A DNA stretch of 64,000 bases from Camelus dromedarius (GCF_036321535.1 NC_087454.1:20832001-20896000), one strand, 5' to 3'; positions 11,028 to 24,172 are shown, numbered from the stretch's first letter. Numbers and translations are program-made. The notes: generated by a model not told the origin, from the letters alone.

Positions 11028-14000
11028 ATGGCGTGTTCCTTGGACTTCTCTTTGCGGAGAGACTTCTTCTTTATCCTGCTTCTCCAGGTGTCCATGTGGG
11101 GCTCAGGTGAGAATATTTTATATTTCTGATATGTGGATTCTCTTGTTCTCTGAACAGAAGGATTAAACCACTCCATCATGTCTCATATCTACCTAAGTTA
11201 ATTCCAAATATTTTATTTTGATATAATAATGTATTTGCCCATACACGATGGCAAATAAATCATTATATGGTCATTTTAGAGAGAAGGACCAGGTAGAATT
11301 ACTTTAATGATGACTTCTAGTTCATTCAGATCTCAGCTTCTGGAGGAATGCATTTTCTGATGCGCAAGACCTGATTAAAAACTCTAGCTTCATGATTTCC
11401 CAGAACTCTCCCCTCCTCCTTCACTGAATTCACCCCCATGGCAATTTAAAAATCATTTGTTTAATACTTGATCATTCTGTTGGTTGTAAGATCTGCAAGG
11501 GTAGAAATCCGCCTTGTCTTGTTCACTGCCATCTTCAGCCTGAATTTGTGCTGCAAATTACTGCTGCGTGAGTGGGAGAGAGAATGTCCATGGGGCTCTA
11601 CTGGGCCAGTACTGACGCTGTTCTCAAATCCAGGCAGGTTATTCTGATATTCTTTTCATTTGTGGCTCTATTCCACAGATTCATTTTCGGTGATTGGCCC
11701 CTCGGAGCCCACTGTGGCCATGCTGGGTGCCGACACGGTGCTGCCCTGTCGCGTGTTCCCAGCCATGAGCCTGGAGAACATGGAGCTCCGCTGGTTCCGC
11801 TCCCAGTTCTCAGAAGCTGTGTATGTATATCAGGACGGGATGGAGCAGACAGGAGAACAGCTGGTAGATTTCAGAGGGAGAGCAGAGCTGGTGAAAGACT
11901 ACATCACTGAGGGAAGAGTGGCTGTGAGAATCCACAGCCTCCGCGTCTCAGACGATGGAATGTACAAATGTTTTTTTAAAAAGGGAAGTGATTTTGAAGA
12001 AGCCGTTTTGGAGCTAAAAGTGATAGGTGAGTAATTATCTGAAAATGTAGATTACTCTAAGGGAAATGTAACTGTTCTGTGTTTGATTTTGAGGGGAGGA
12101 TGGTGAACAGAACAAAGACAAAAAGACAGGTTTGCTTGGAGCTGGTCAACATCCTAAACACTGGATTTAACCCCAAATCCTCTTAATCTGTTTATACATG
12201 TATTGTTCTGTACTTTAAAATTAAACTATTTCCAGAAATATCTACCATAAAAATAGGTCACTTATTTCCCTCTATGTCTCCTCTCACACATTTTGAAGGA
12301 GGGCACCATGATTACCAAAATGTACCATTAATCTCAGAGGCCAGAATCCCATTTGGCTACTGTGTTGCACAGAGGCTTAACCGGGACTGTCAGTGGTCAA
12401 GTACTGAATGCACTGTTTGGAGAAAGTGACCATGAGGGTTTGACAGAATAGACTGATATTGCAGAAAAAGGAACAACAACAAAAAAAAGCATCATCCAAG
12501 GATTGAGGCTGGAAAATAATTAACATTCAGGAACTTAGTGAAGCAGAAATAGAGAAAACCATTAACAGGGTGGCTTTCGGGGAAATAAAAAGGCCCTGCA
12601 GATAGGGGCAACTGTGAAAGGCTGGAATGCACTGAGGACTGGTCCACAGAACATTGAATTGATCACTATGAGTGTTACCATCATTGGTGCTGTTTTGTTT
12701 TTAATTGTAATAAAATTATAACTCATTGCATCAAACTCAAACATTTCAGAAAGGTAAGAATATAAATGATTATCTTTTTTTCCCTTCAATATTCCTTTTC
12801 TCTTCCTAGGTAACTCTTAATGCCAGACTTCTGTGCCATTTCAGTTATCTCTATTTTTATATAATAAATTTTATATATAGTTATATTTATATATAATTAA
12901 ATTTATAAATAATTGTTTATAAAATAATAAAATATATTATGTAATTATAATATATAATATATTTATATAGCAGATCTTAATCTCTGTTCATAAATTAATT
13001 TTCAAAAATATTTATGTTTACTTATTTAAAAACAAAATTAATTCCGTCTTTAAGCCCTCAGCCAATCAGGCTCATGTGAAGTTATATCTTAGTTCTTATT
13101 GGAGCTTCCTGTCCCTTGTTCCCTTGAATAATAGTTGTGCAAGATCCCTGGAGTCTAATGCAGCCCATCACATTCAGGACTCAGTAAACCCCCTCCAGCA
13201 TTGGTCCCCTACTTGTTAGCACGAGGATGGTCATCATCCCAGCCTCTGTTACATCTTTCCTCACTGACTCCAGAAAGATTGCTACAAATATTATTAAAGA
13301 CCTTTGATGCAGCTCTTCAAGAGGCACCTAAATATCTCTGTCTCTTCCTTATGTTTTGAGAAATCTCCCCATCACTCTATCAAAATTTATTTCTATTCCC
13401 CTTAAGGACACTAGCTCATTGACATTATTTTTCCCACCTGTATTATATAATTGCTGTAACTAACTTACGCATTCAGCAATATAGGAAGAATGAGTTTCTT
13501 TATGCTGTTCCTGCTTTTAGCCAAGTAAATATCCCTGAAGCTGATATAATATAATTGGGGTCAGGAGAGAGAAAGACTTAGAGGACAATTCAAGTAACAG
13601 TTATTGAAGCACAGTTAAAAACACTATTAAAATGTCAAATAATTTTTGTTTCATATACATATACTGACTCCCTCGTGGACTCACTTCACCTTGTTACCTC
13701 CATCTTTTAGATAATCTTTACTCAGTGGAAGAAAGAAAATTTGGAAAAATTACAAAAGGAAATTGTTTAAGGAAGAGACCAGAAGAAGTCTCAATTTCAG
13801 CACAGAAAGATAGTCTTCCTTGAGACTCTAAGAAATGGAATAAGCATATGATATAGATATAGAATAGATATACTGATTTTCTTCCTGGAAGAATTCAACA
13901 TTGGCAAATTTTACTCTGCTCCTTTCCTATTACCCTTCTATGGCCAATTGCAGATATGCATGCACAGAGGAGATAAGACAGGCGTTGGTTATAAGTGTCA

Positions 14001-17000
14001 GTATCAGATTCATTGCTCTTAAATTTTTGAACCTCAGATACACACTTATCTCATGGAAAAAGAAAAGAAACCCCCTCCATCCATTGAGAACTATGGTGCT
14101 TTGTTCATCTCCCCCAACTGGTGTATCTGTGAAACATTAGGGGCTTCTGGACAAAAAAAAATGTCCAAGTCTCAGATAAATGACTTTCCTCTCCAGGTCT
14201 GGGTTCCAATCCTCATATTTTCATGGTGGGTCCAGAAGATGGAGGAATACGGCTGAAGTGCACAGGCAAAGGATGGTTTCCCCAGCCTGAAGTTCAGTGG
14301 AAAGATGCAAAGGAGGAGAGGATCCCATCTCTCTCTGAAGACCAGACGCAAGACGATGATGGGTTGTTTCAGACTGAGGCGTCTCTCATTGTGAGAGACA
14401 GCTCAAAGACAGAAGTGTCCTGTTCCATGAAGAACCCCTTCTTTGGACAAGAGCAAGTGGAAACCATTTTTATCCCAGGTCAGTGTGCTCATTTGGGGGG
14501 CAATTCAAGTAACAGTTATTGAAGCACAGTTAAAAACATTATTAAAATGTAAGTAAGAGGGGAATAAGGGTGGGTGAATACTGGGGACCTGGGATGGGAT
14601 ACGCTTGCTTGGTGTATGTTTTTGATCAGGTTTTGGGCACCCTGTGTCAGAGCCCTTCTTCCCTAGGACCTCTCCTTGGAAGGCAGCATTTGCTGTGACT
14701 TTCGTGATACTTGGGATTTCCATTGGTGCTATTGTGTATTTGGCTCTGAAAGAAAAACAGGAAAAGAAAAATGTATCAGAAGTTGAGAAGGAAAAGGAGA
14801 AAGAAAGAAAAGCCAAAGGTAAAACTGTGAATCAGACTTGGTGGGGATCTGTGAATTTATGGGTTTGTTAACAGGATGGCATCTTTTGGGAACACAGAAA
14901 GATATATACGGTTGAGTTAGAGCCCCAAGACCTCCATGAGAAAAAAATATTATTACAGAGTTCATTGGAAAGAAAAAACTCACGGTATAAACATAGGGTT
15001 TTTCTTTAATAGTCATAATAAATTTCAATTAAGGTAATTTTTTGTTCTAGGTACATGGAAGTAGCATTCAGGATCTGGATTTAGGAACACAGTCTAGAAA
15101 ATAAACCTTGGGTTTATTTTTTTTAACCTTAGGTTTATTTTCTGTTAAATCCATTTTATTATTTTCTTTCTTTTTTAGAATCACTTGAGAAGGAGCTTGG
15201 TAAGTTTTCCATTTTCTTTGCTCTAATAGAGGAAATAGAGTCCTTACTCTATGCCGTATGTCTGGCATCTCACAGGCTGTTATTCCTTTTCAGCCAGAAG
15301 GAAGACATTATATCAGCAAGGTGAGTTATATTGATGTGATGGTTGGGTCGACCATCTCACCTGCCCCTCTGTTCTAGTCACTTCCTATTTACCTTGCTGG
15401 TGAGGAAGGGATCCCTACCCTAAATAGTACAAAATGGTCAAACGTATGACACACAACACTGAACAGATGAGATTGATAGCAGTTTTTAAATTACATATAC
15501 TCACATCCTAGGGAGAAGGACACCATGAGCCATGCAGGACCACGTGGGGGTTGTACTTGAGAGCACAATGAGCTAGCAAGGGCTGTGGGAGGCAGGCTCC
15601 GTAGTTACAAGAGGATGAGATGCCTCTGTTTTCTGCGGAAGCATGAAATTGGCTTGTTTGAATAATTTTGCAGGCTGACGGTGAGGTGAAGCTCATTAGG
15701 TTAAAGACCAGGTGGGGTTAGGTTGCCTTGGCCAACAGAGAAATTAGCTGATAGGGGAGTTTTCCGTGCTGGGTGGAGGGCATATCGGGTGAGAGCAGGC
15801 AAATTAGGCACTTGGAGTCCTGTGAAGCTCAAAGGTGTCAAGGCAGCACATAAAATTTTAAGCTTTCCAATACTTTCACAATTCAAGCCTACCCCTGCCT
15901 TTAAAAACAAAACAAAAAAAAAAAACAACAACAAAAAATTAGAAAAAGAGAACCTCACATTTGATCACAAATGTGGAATGTGGAAAACGTGAGAAATGAA
16001 GCGGGAGATGTACAAGAGGACAAGCACATCAGAACCGTCACTGAGTGACGGACACGGCAGCGCAGCACCATCGTAACCCTTCCGCTTCCGCGTGGTCACA
16101 GCGTTGCCGCGCTCTGAAGTGAAGGTCCAATGAATGGGACAATCTACTTCCTTTGTTTTTTAGGGTTTTGTTTTTTTTTTTTTTTTTTTTTTTTCAGATT
16201 GGAGAAAAGCAGAGTTATATGCTGGTGAGTAACTGGTGTTGTCTTGGGCTTCAAGTGCTTCAGGATTTCATGAGGCATTTTCAGGGCAATTTTCAGAAAA
16301 GTGCCAACTTTTGGAGATTTTACTTTGAATCTGGGAGTTCAAAAAAAATACAAGGGATAAGGGGATAAGCATCTCACTCGTTCAAAAGACATGTTCTTGG
16401 CATATTTTCCCTTTTTTGTTTTTTCTTTTTAGACTGGAGAAAGGAACTGTTCAAAGCAGGTGAGTGACCTTACTATTTTGTCTCACATAATCTTTTCTAT
16501 ACAAATGAGAAAACACTCTATAATACCTAGCTGTTTATTCACTTCATGGCTTTTGCTTCAGTCTGTAGAAATGTGAACAGATTTCTTACTGTTCTGACAT
16601 CATTCATTCATTCATTCAGCATAAAATTATACAACTATTTATTCGGTGCCGAATGAATATAGCAGATCTTGTCTGACTTCGTGGGAAAGTGCATGTACAA
16701 ACGGTGATGAATATTATGGAAGGATAAGAGAATGCCATGAGAAAAAAAATGGTGGATTCAAAGAATTCCCCCAAGGAATTGATTTTAATCTGAGACTTAA
16801 GTGATATTTAAGTGAGACTTGAGATTTATTCATGCAGATAACATTGACAGAGTAGCTGAGGCAGAAGGAAGTCTACTACATAACCAGTCTGAGACAGAGA
16901 AGGGCTTGTTGCATCTCAGTGCAAGTGGAAAATAGCCCCTGATCATCTTAGAGTCTTTCCAGAATTATGAGTCAACTGTTTCTACTGTATGCTACTTAAC

Positions 17001-18547
17001 TCTGAATATCCCTGCGTCCACAAACATTTCCTAATTAATGTAATCCTCCAAAAGTTAAAATATATTCTAATTCCTCACATACAAATTCTTATGAGAAAAA
17101 TTTTAATTATTGAAGATGTGAGGTTTGCTACTATAGTTAGCACTGGTGCCACTCGCACTGCTGGTGTTAGTGTCACTACAACCATCGGAAGCTACCATTT
17201 ACCAAGTGCTCATCACGGGCAGGGTAAAGCATTATGTTCTCTGCACACTGTCTCGTTTGCTTCTCACTGTGCTGTGCTGAGGTGTCATCATCATATGCAT
17301 CTTCATGAGGTTACAGTGAGGTTGAGCAAGGCAAAGGAATTCCAAGATCACAGCTCCTAAAGACAGCGTGGTTATCACAATTCAGATCTTTCTGACCACA
17401 GAGTTGGGATTTCGACTATTAGAAATATAATAAGAGTGTGTGAGACTAGATGACTTATTTATTACATAAGCCCACAGAAAAATGACACCAAAGAAGCTCA
17501 AATGAAAGTAGATATGCTGTGATTGGCAATATGACACGGCTTAGTTATTAAGAGCGGGCAGTAAAGCAGTCAACGTTTGCATGAGGTTGGAGAAACCCCA
17601 ACTTGAAATATCTGATCCTGAGGGTTTTCAGATGAGACATCCTTCTTGGCTAAATGGTCTCAGTCTGTCTGGAACACATGGTTATCTAAGGTCCAATCCA
17701 ACCCTGACCTTCTTTGCCCTACACAACATGTGTCTCCTATGAACTGACATAGAATAGAACATAAACTGTTTTACCTTATCTTCCATTTCTCTCCCTCTTG
17801 TTTTTCTTCATTTTCCTTTCCTAGTAATTTGAATCTTTCCTAAAGTCACCCCATCTCCATGGTGGAATGATACTCATTTTTCCCCCCAAACCTGCAGTGG
17901 ATGTTACTCTGGATCCAGACACAGCTTATCACAAGCTCAAGTTATCTGAGAGCAGAAAACAAGTTTATTTAAAAGAGAATGATCCTCAGAATGGTGACGC
18001 CTCAACACACCAAGAGCAAGAAGAGTCTGAAACCATCTCCAGTGTTTTGGGCCAGGATGACCTTACCCCAGGGAGACATTGCTGGGAGGTAGAAGTGAGT
18101 ATGAAGACAGAAGTTGGATCTGGAACTAGATGTGCTCTGGGTGTTTGTGCAGTTATAGCAAAAAGAGAGGGCTGGTTTGCAGAAAGTCCAGAGAAGAATT
18201 TCTGGGTGGTAACATACAAGGAAGGAGAAGTCATTTCCCAGAAAGGGTCTCTGTCACTGAGACAGTGGCCCCGCAGGATTGGAGTTTTCCTGGACTGGGA
18301 TGCTGGGAACGTGTCCTTTTACAACATGATCGATGGGTCCCACATCCATTCTTTTACTGGAATCTCCTTCTGCGGAGAACTTCGTCCTTATTTTAGTCTT
18401 CAGGGTGATGGCACATCTTTGACTATCTGCTCAGCTTCAGATAACAATGAAAATTGTCCTGATTTTTCTGCAAAGGCCTCTGTAACTCATTTGAGTAGTT
18501 GTGATCTAAGTGTCCCCGAAGAAGCTAACTCTCTATTATGTCCATAA
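11028..18547 (+). CDS. Intact MHC-linked butyrophilin-like protein (signal-IgV-IgC-TM-heptads-B30.2), 542 aa
   Basis: Exons 11028-11106 (MACSLDFSLRRDFFFILLLQVSMWGS), 11679-12026 (IgV), 14197-14478 (IgC), 14651-14818 (TM, EPFFPRTSPWKAAF), 15179-15199, 15294-15320, 16198-16224, 16433-16459 and 17898-18547 (B30.2: VDVTLDPDTAYHKL...GRHCWEVEV...IGVFLDWDAGNVSFYN). All junctions are GT-AG; the total is 1629 nt with no internal stop. AATAAA at 19074-19079. Confidence 0.9.
13586..14550 (+). repeat. 50-bp near-identical direct repeat pair flanking the IgC exon of the BTNL paralog
   Basis: CAATTCAAGTAACAGTTATTGAAGCACAGTTAAAAACA(C/T)TATTAAAATGT at 13586-13635 and 14501-14550, with one mismatch. Confidence 0.95.
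15395..15875. mobile_element. Probable old solo LTR in an intron of the BTNL paralog
   Basis: About 480 bp, more GC-rich than the surrounding intron and LTR-like in composition. The family and orientation were not identified. Confidence 0.4.
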
Positions 18548-21169
18548 GAAGTGAAGTGTCGGCACATCTGCTGCCCCCGCCTGAACTTCTTATGGGTGTT
18601 TCTCCAAGAGCAGGTCAGCCTCACTGGGTATGAACTCAGCCCCTTGCAAAGAGACAGGGAGACGGGGAGAGAAATGGGAACAGCTGGAAAACGTCTGGGG
18701 GAATTTCCTCTAGTGCTACCTTTGGGGAAGCCCTCTTTGTGGACAGCAACGATTTGTCATAAGAAAACTCCAGCTAAACGCATGGGCCTTTCTTCAGTTC
18801 TGGCACTTACTGTGTTTTGAAGTAAATATGTTTAAAGCTACATTTAAAAAGAAAATCTCTCTTCCTACTATTTTTGTTATCAAATATGGAGGAGGGTGTG
18901 GTGCATGAAGGGAAGGGTCCCAGTTGAGTAAATTCTTAATACACAGGCTACGGTTGGAGATACACAGAAATCTGCTCAAGTCTTTTAAAAGTTAATGACT
19001 CAGCTTGTCTTTCCTTAGACTTTGGTGTCCATCAACTTCTAAACTTGGACTTTGCCAAGGGGTGGGGAGGACTAATAAATAACTATAAATCATTTGAGCA
19101 GGAGACCAAGCCTTCTGGGAAGGAAGAGCACCCCCCCTCATTTTTTTAAACAAGTTCTCACTGATCAGCAAGTCCAGAATTGTAAGTATGTGAATGTAAA
19201 AGGAATGGGCATTGCAATGTATGTTTTCGGAGAAAAAAGTCATTTCTTTCTGACCATGTTCTTCCCGCTGTTGAGGGTTTCCTTTGCCTTTAATCCATCT
19301 AAGCCTCTGCAGCTATTTATTACAAAGCTTGCGTCTTCCAGAAAGTAATATATGAGCGTCTCCTGTCAAATAAATCCTGTCTTTCTGACAATAAAAGAGA
19401 TCAACTTAGACCCACTTAGATTTTTCTGTACAACCAGCTGATCCTTAAATGGCAAGTCCCTTTAACAATTTCTTTTGGAAGATATATCTCTTTGGCAAAA
19501 TTTCCCTAAAACACGGCCACTAGAGGGCAAAGCCAGTATTTGAACCCAAGAAGAATAAATCCAGATCCCAGAATATTAACTTTACTGAATTAAGGCAACG
19601 TTTTAAATGGCAAGAAATAGTAAAAGCGGGAGAGAGGCAAGTAAACGGTGGGAAAATATTAGTAGGTATAATCAAATGGACATGTGGGGGTAACAGCAAA
19701 ATGGGTACAAATGGTATTGGAAGTATGGCATGGAACAGGAAGGGCAGTGGGTTCAGTTTTGGGTATTTGACTTTTGTTTATACTCAAGACATTCAGCATG
19801 AGGTTACCAAATGAGTTTTTAGTATGTATCCTGCAAGAATTAAAAATTCCTAGTTTATTCTATAGCAGAATTCTTCTACCTGTCACTTCACTCACTTTAG
19901 TGGTTTTTTGTCCTTCTAACTTAGACATTGGGGAGCAAAGGCTGGAGGTGTTCAGTGAAAGACTATGTGACAGTTGATGCTCTATTGGAATCAGGGTTAT
20001 AGAAATGTTTTCAGGGACACCACCATCCAACATAACCTCATCTCTAGCTGCGGGTAAGTCAACAAGCAGTGAAGGGTCTCCAAGTAGCCCGTGGTTTCCA
20101 GCAATGTAATAATCTTAAATTCACCACCTGACTCCATCAATTGATTCCTATTGCTAGACTACTCTGGCCATCCCATTTTGAGTAGAGTTCAAGAAGATTT
20201 GGTAAGACATTCAAAAAACAAAGAGACTTCACTAGAAGAAAGAAATATCTTAGGGCAGGAATTATGTCTTATTAAGCATTTTACTCTAGGACCTAGCCCA
20301 GTGAATTCTACAGATAAGGTATTTAATAAATATTCTATTTATGAATCTATTCACACATTCCACAGATGTTTGTTGACCAATGAATAAATGCCATTTTTCT
20401 AGGTTGTGAGGATACACAGAAAAGAATAATATCACTGCCTTAATGGAACTTATAGTCTACTGACAAGTGAGGACAAAGTCCTGCAGGGGGGTTGACAGAA
20501 TTACTCTCTCTGGTTTCTTCCTGTCCTTTCCTTGAAACTGAGATCCATCCAATCTGCACATCTGTTGTGAGAGTTGCCACGCTTTGCATGACTACAGCCA
20601 GCCCTCTGTGCATCAGCGGTGAGAAGGAACGGGGTCCTTGATGGGCCGATCCAGTTACTCATCCGTTAGTCACAGTGATTGTTTCCATGTTTGGGGCGTC
20701 TTATCCAAGCACCAACCAGTCTCTTTCCCTGTGGGTTTTCTACTTGGAATTGGAACTGAGAAAGTAAATCAACCCCCAATTGGGGAAGCTAACAGAAAAT
20801 ATGTTTCTTAATACATAGTGAAAGATTTTGACTGATGAAAAACACATTTCATGACACTCTCCTAGGGAAAATGTATGTATTTATCTATTGGGCCTATACA
20901 AGCCCATAGGACTAACAAGAAAAGAATTAGGTTGAATGGGCAGGCCAATTCAAAAAAAAGAAAAGAAAAGAAAGAAAAGGAAAAGAAAGGACAGTTAACC
21001 TCAGACATTATTAAATAAAATATTTTTAATTATATTAAATCATAACAAAGTAACATCAAAAATATTTTAAGGCTGCTATATTTATTAACAAATTTGTCTT
21101 AAAAAATATAAGGGGTACATAAAGGTGTGTCAAAAATGTTTGTACCAAAAACATGTAAATCATTTATGA

Positions 21170-21745
21170 AATCCCAGAAAATGTACAATACACAAAGTGA
21201 ACCTTGATGTAACTCTGGACTTTAGTTGAAAATAGTGTATCGGTATCAGTTCATGAGTTGTAACAAATGTACTACACTGATCAAGCTGTTAATAGCAGAG
21301 GAAACAGAGGGGTGAGAGGAGAGGGATATGGGAGTGCTCCGGATTTTCCACTCAGTTTTGTTGTAAACCTAAAACATCTCTTGAAGTACTGGTACATGCT
21401 ACAACATGGATGAACTTTGAAAACATTTTGCTAAGTAAAAAAATACAGACACAAAAAAAATCCACATATTTTACAACTGCATTTGCATTTATGTGAAATA
21501 CCCCATATAGGTAAATTCACAGAGACAGAAAGTAGATTGGGGGCTGGAGGCAGGGGGAAATGGGTACGACTGCTTGACGGTTATAGAGTTTCCTTTTGGA
21601 GTAATCAAAATATTCTGGAACTGGATACTGATGGGGGTTGCACATATTGTGAGGGTAAAAATACGAGTGAATTGTACACTTTAAAATAGCTTAAACAATC
21701 AATTTTATGTGATGTGTATTTTACCACAATTGAAAAAATGTAAAA
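21170..21745 (+). mobile_element. Two L1M 3' fragments between the convergent BTNL paralog and BTNL2
   Basis: GTGAACCTTGATGTAACTCTGGACTTTAG...TGTAACAAATGTACTACACTG, then TACATGCTACAACATGGATGAACTTTGAAAACAT...GTATTTTACCACAAT. Confidence 0.7.
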
Positions 21746-22769
21746 CTAAATAAAATAAATGTGTAAACATTTGTGAAAGAATAATGCATAGTTTCAAACA
21801 TAAAGTTATGAGCTTTAAAATGGAGAAAAAAATTATGAACCAGAAGAGAAAACTCTGGAATGCTGCAGAAAAAAAATCTTCGAAGGACAGCAGGAACCGT
21901 GGTGTCTGCCTCCCTAGACGGCAGTAGCGTGTCATTTGCTGGTATTCCTCATTCTCACTTCAGATGATTTTCAGACTTTCTCCAAATCTTTATTTCTTCA
22001 CATTCTTTCTTCTTCTACCTGTAGCTTCTCTTTCCTAATTCATTATGACTTTAAAATATTTTTATTTCCATTGCATTTTATTACTTGTGTTGCATTTATT
22101 GCTTATGTTTATTTTACAATTACTAATTTTAAATTGTGTTTTTTTCACTCTAAAAAATAAGTTTGACGTTTTCATATACATGACACATAACTAATTTTTC
22201 TCTTGGACTAGAATTTCTGAAAAGTTTCCTCACTCCGTGTTCTCAATTAACTTTCTGAAAAAAGTCTGGTGCAGGGATTCCACACTTCATGGGATTTTCA
22301 AGATTACATCTTGGTAATCAGGTTTTTCTCCTTATATTCAGTTGTATTTTCTCTTCCTTGTTTTTAACTATATTTTTGTTTTCTCAGCCCTCCTTGCATA
22401 ATTAATTGTCACTTTCCTAAAGAAACCAATCAAATACTTGGTCATGCCTTGCACTTCCTCATCTAGGCTAAATTGCATTTCCCACTGGGTTTTCTAAGGG
22501 TCCTTTGTCATCCGAAATCAGATTGTGATCAGTGGGCAGGATATCAGAGAGCTTGGATACAATAGGTCACTGAAAGAATCAGTCTTCTGGTCAGATTTGA
22601 GGCCAGAGTGTGGTTAAAGCCTCCTGATTGGGTACTTGGGTGATGGTGTGAGTTCCCTTCAGGTGGCTGGTGAAAGGAGAGAAAGGCTGGGATTCAGAAT
22701 ATAATGCCGGTTTCCAGAATCCTAGGTTATTATTTTCCTTGGAGGAGTTGCAGAGGCTCCCTTGGGTGC

Positions 22770-23270
22770 AGGAAAGATGTCAAGAGAACATACATTAGGG
22801 AACCAAAGAATGAAGTGAGGGATGCAGAATTTCAGAGAAGGAAACTGAGGGGAAGGGTATACACAGGGCACTTGCTGTTCATGTTATAAAAGGAGAAGCA
22901 TCCAGAGGGTGTAGTCAAGGGAGATTCTAATCTGTCCTGGGGACATGTGCAGGGAGAGGAGGAGGAGAGGAGAGGTGATGGCCCAGTACTCATTTCCATA
23001 ATAACCCATTGCTCAAACCCATTCTCAGATGGCATAGAGATGACTCCACGACATTGTCCTTGGCAACACTCAGGACCAGTGCTTCCCTGTCCCTAAACTC
23101 CACCTCTCAGACCCATCTGCCTGACATGAGCCCCTCCTGGCCCAGAGCATTGAGGAGGTTGTGAAATCTCTACAGATCTCTGGCTGCTTGATTGACCTTG
23201 GGCCACATGCTCATTTTCCTCAGAAAGGATTGCTTCTGGTGAGCTGTATTTGGGTCCAATGTCTCATTCG
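22770..23270 (-). pseudogene. Degenerate B30.2 (PRY/SPRY) exon forming the terminal exon and 3'UTR of BTNL2
   Basis: A phase-1 acceptor (ttttctttctctgcag) is followed by collinear B30.2 motifs across frameshifts: [124 protein letters not shown]. The 3' end is approximate. Confidence 0.85.
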
Positions 23271-24172
23271 CTGCAGAGAAAGAAAATTCATTCTGATAAG
23301 AATCAGTATGGGAGCATCTTAAAATACTAATTTCATGATATTAACATCCAAATGGGCAAACAAAAGTTATAGTAACTTAAGAAATTCAAAGTGGGAGAAA
23401 TTTCTAGGGCACACCAAACAACCTATCAATCCCTGGGAAGTCTTTCCTGGGCATGGTAGAAATAACCAATAAGCATCATATTTGTAATGATTTTAGTGAA
23501 ATGTTCATGCCAATAGCATCCCAGTTAAGTCTCAGCTCTCAGCCTTGAAAGCAAGGCTGGCTATGCCACATTTTTTCTTCTTCTACCTTAACTGGATCAC
23601 TTGGGAATGTGGACAGGGGCGGGAGGGTGAAATGATTGTCTTTTAATCCTTTTGCTTCTATTATAACTGTAAACTCTGATCTCATTCAGCACTGATCCTC
23701 AATTACACGTGTGTAAGCCATGGACTCTCGTGTTTTATTGATCACTGAATATCCACTGAATGCCTCTGTGTGTGCCTGCTGAAAAGAGAGGCCAGGGAAA
23801 GTGTACAGTAAGGTTCCCACCACAAAGCATGCTTCACACTGTTTCTGTTTGCCTGACTTACCTCGTCTACAGCAGCACCTCCAGATCAAGCCTATAGCTC
23901 CAACAAGAAGCACTCCCCAAATAATTGGTGTCATCCATGGAAAAGTCATCCTGAACTCTAAAACGGAAACCCCAGAATCACATTAAATCATGAAATTGGG
24001 AAAATTTCAAGATCTTCCTTTTCATCTGAGCAGCTCCTGGGCTGAGGAGGAGGGTTAGAATTGGTCCTGTCAAGAAGGAATTTGGTCTGCTCCTCCTTGC
24101 TCTGCAGATGCTGAGGAGAGACCAGAGGTTTATGCTGATTTTACTGTTTGCTCCTCTCAGAAACCACCCCCT

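Noticed and set aside
12840-12970. Extremely AT-rich stretch
   Set aside because: Low-complexity (TA)-derived sequence with no specific structure.
16037-16053. Palindrome CCGTCAC-TGA-GTGACGG in a CpG patch
   Set aside because: A single 7-bp stem is within chance expectation for 64 kb and has no supporting context.
16198-16459. Two similar 27-nt DWRK exons as a novel exon duplication
   Set aside because: Serial 21/27-nt heptad exons are standard butyrophilin architecture, also seen in the BTNL1-like gene.
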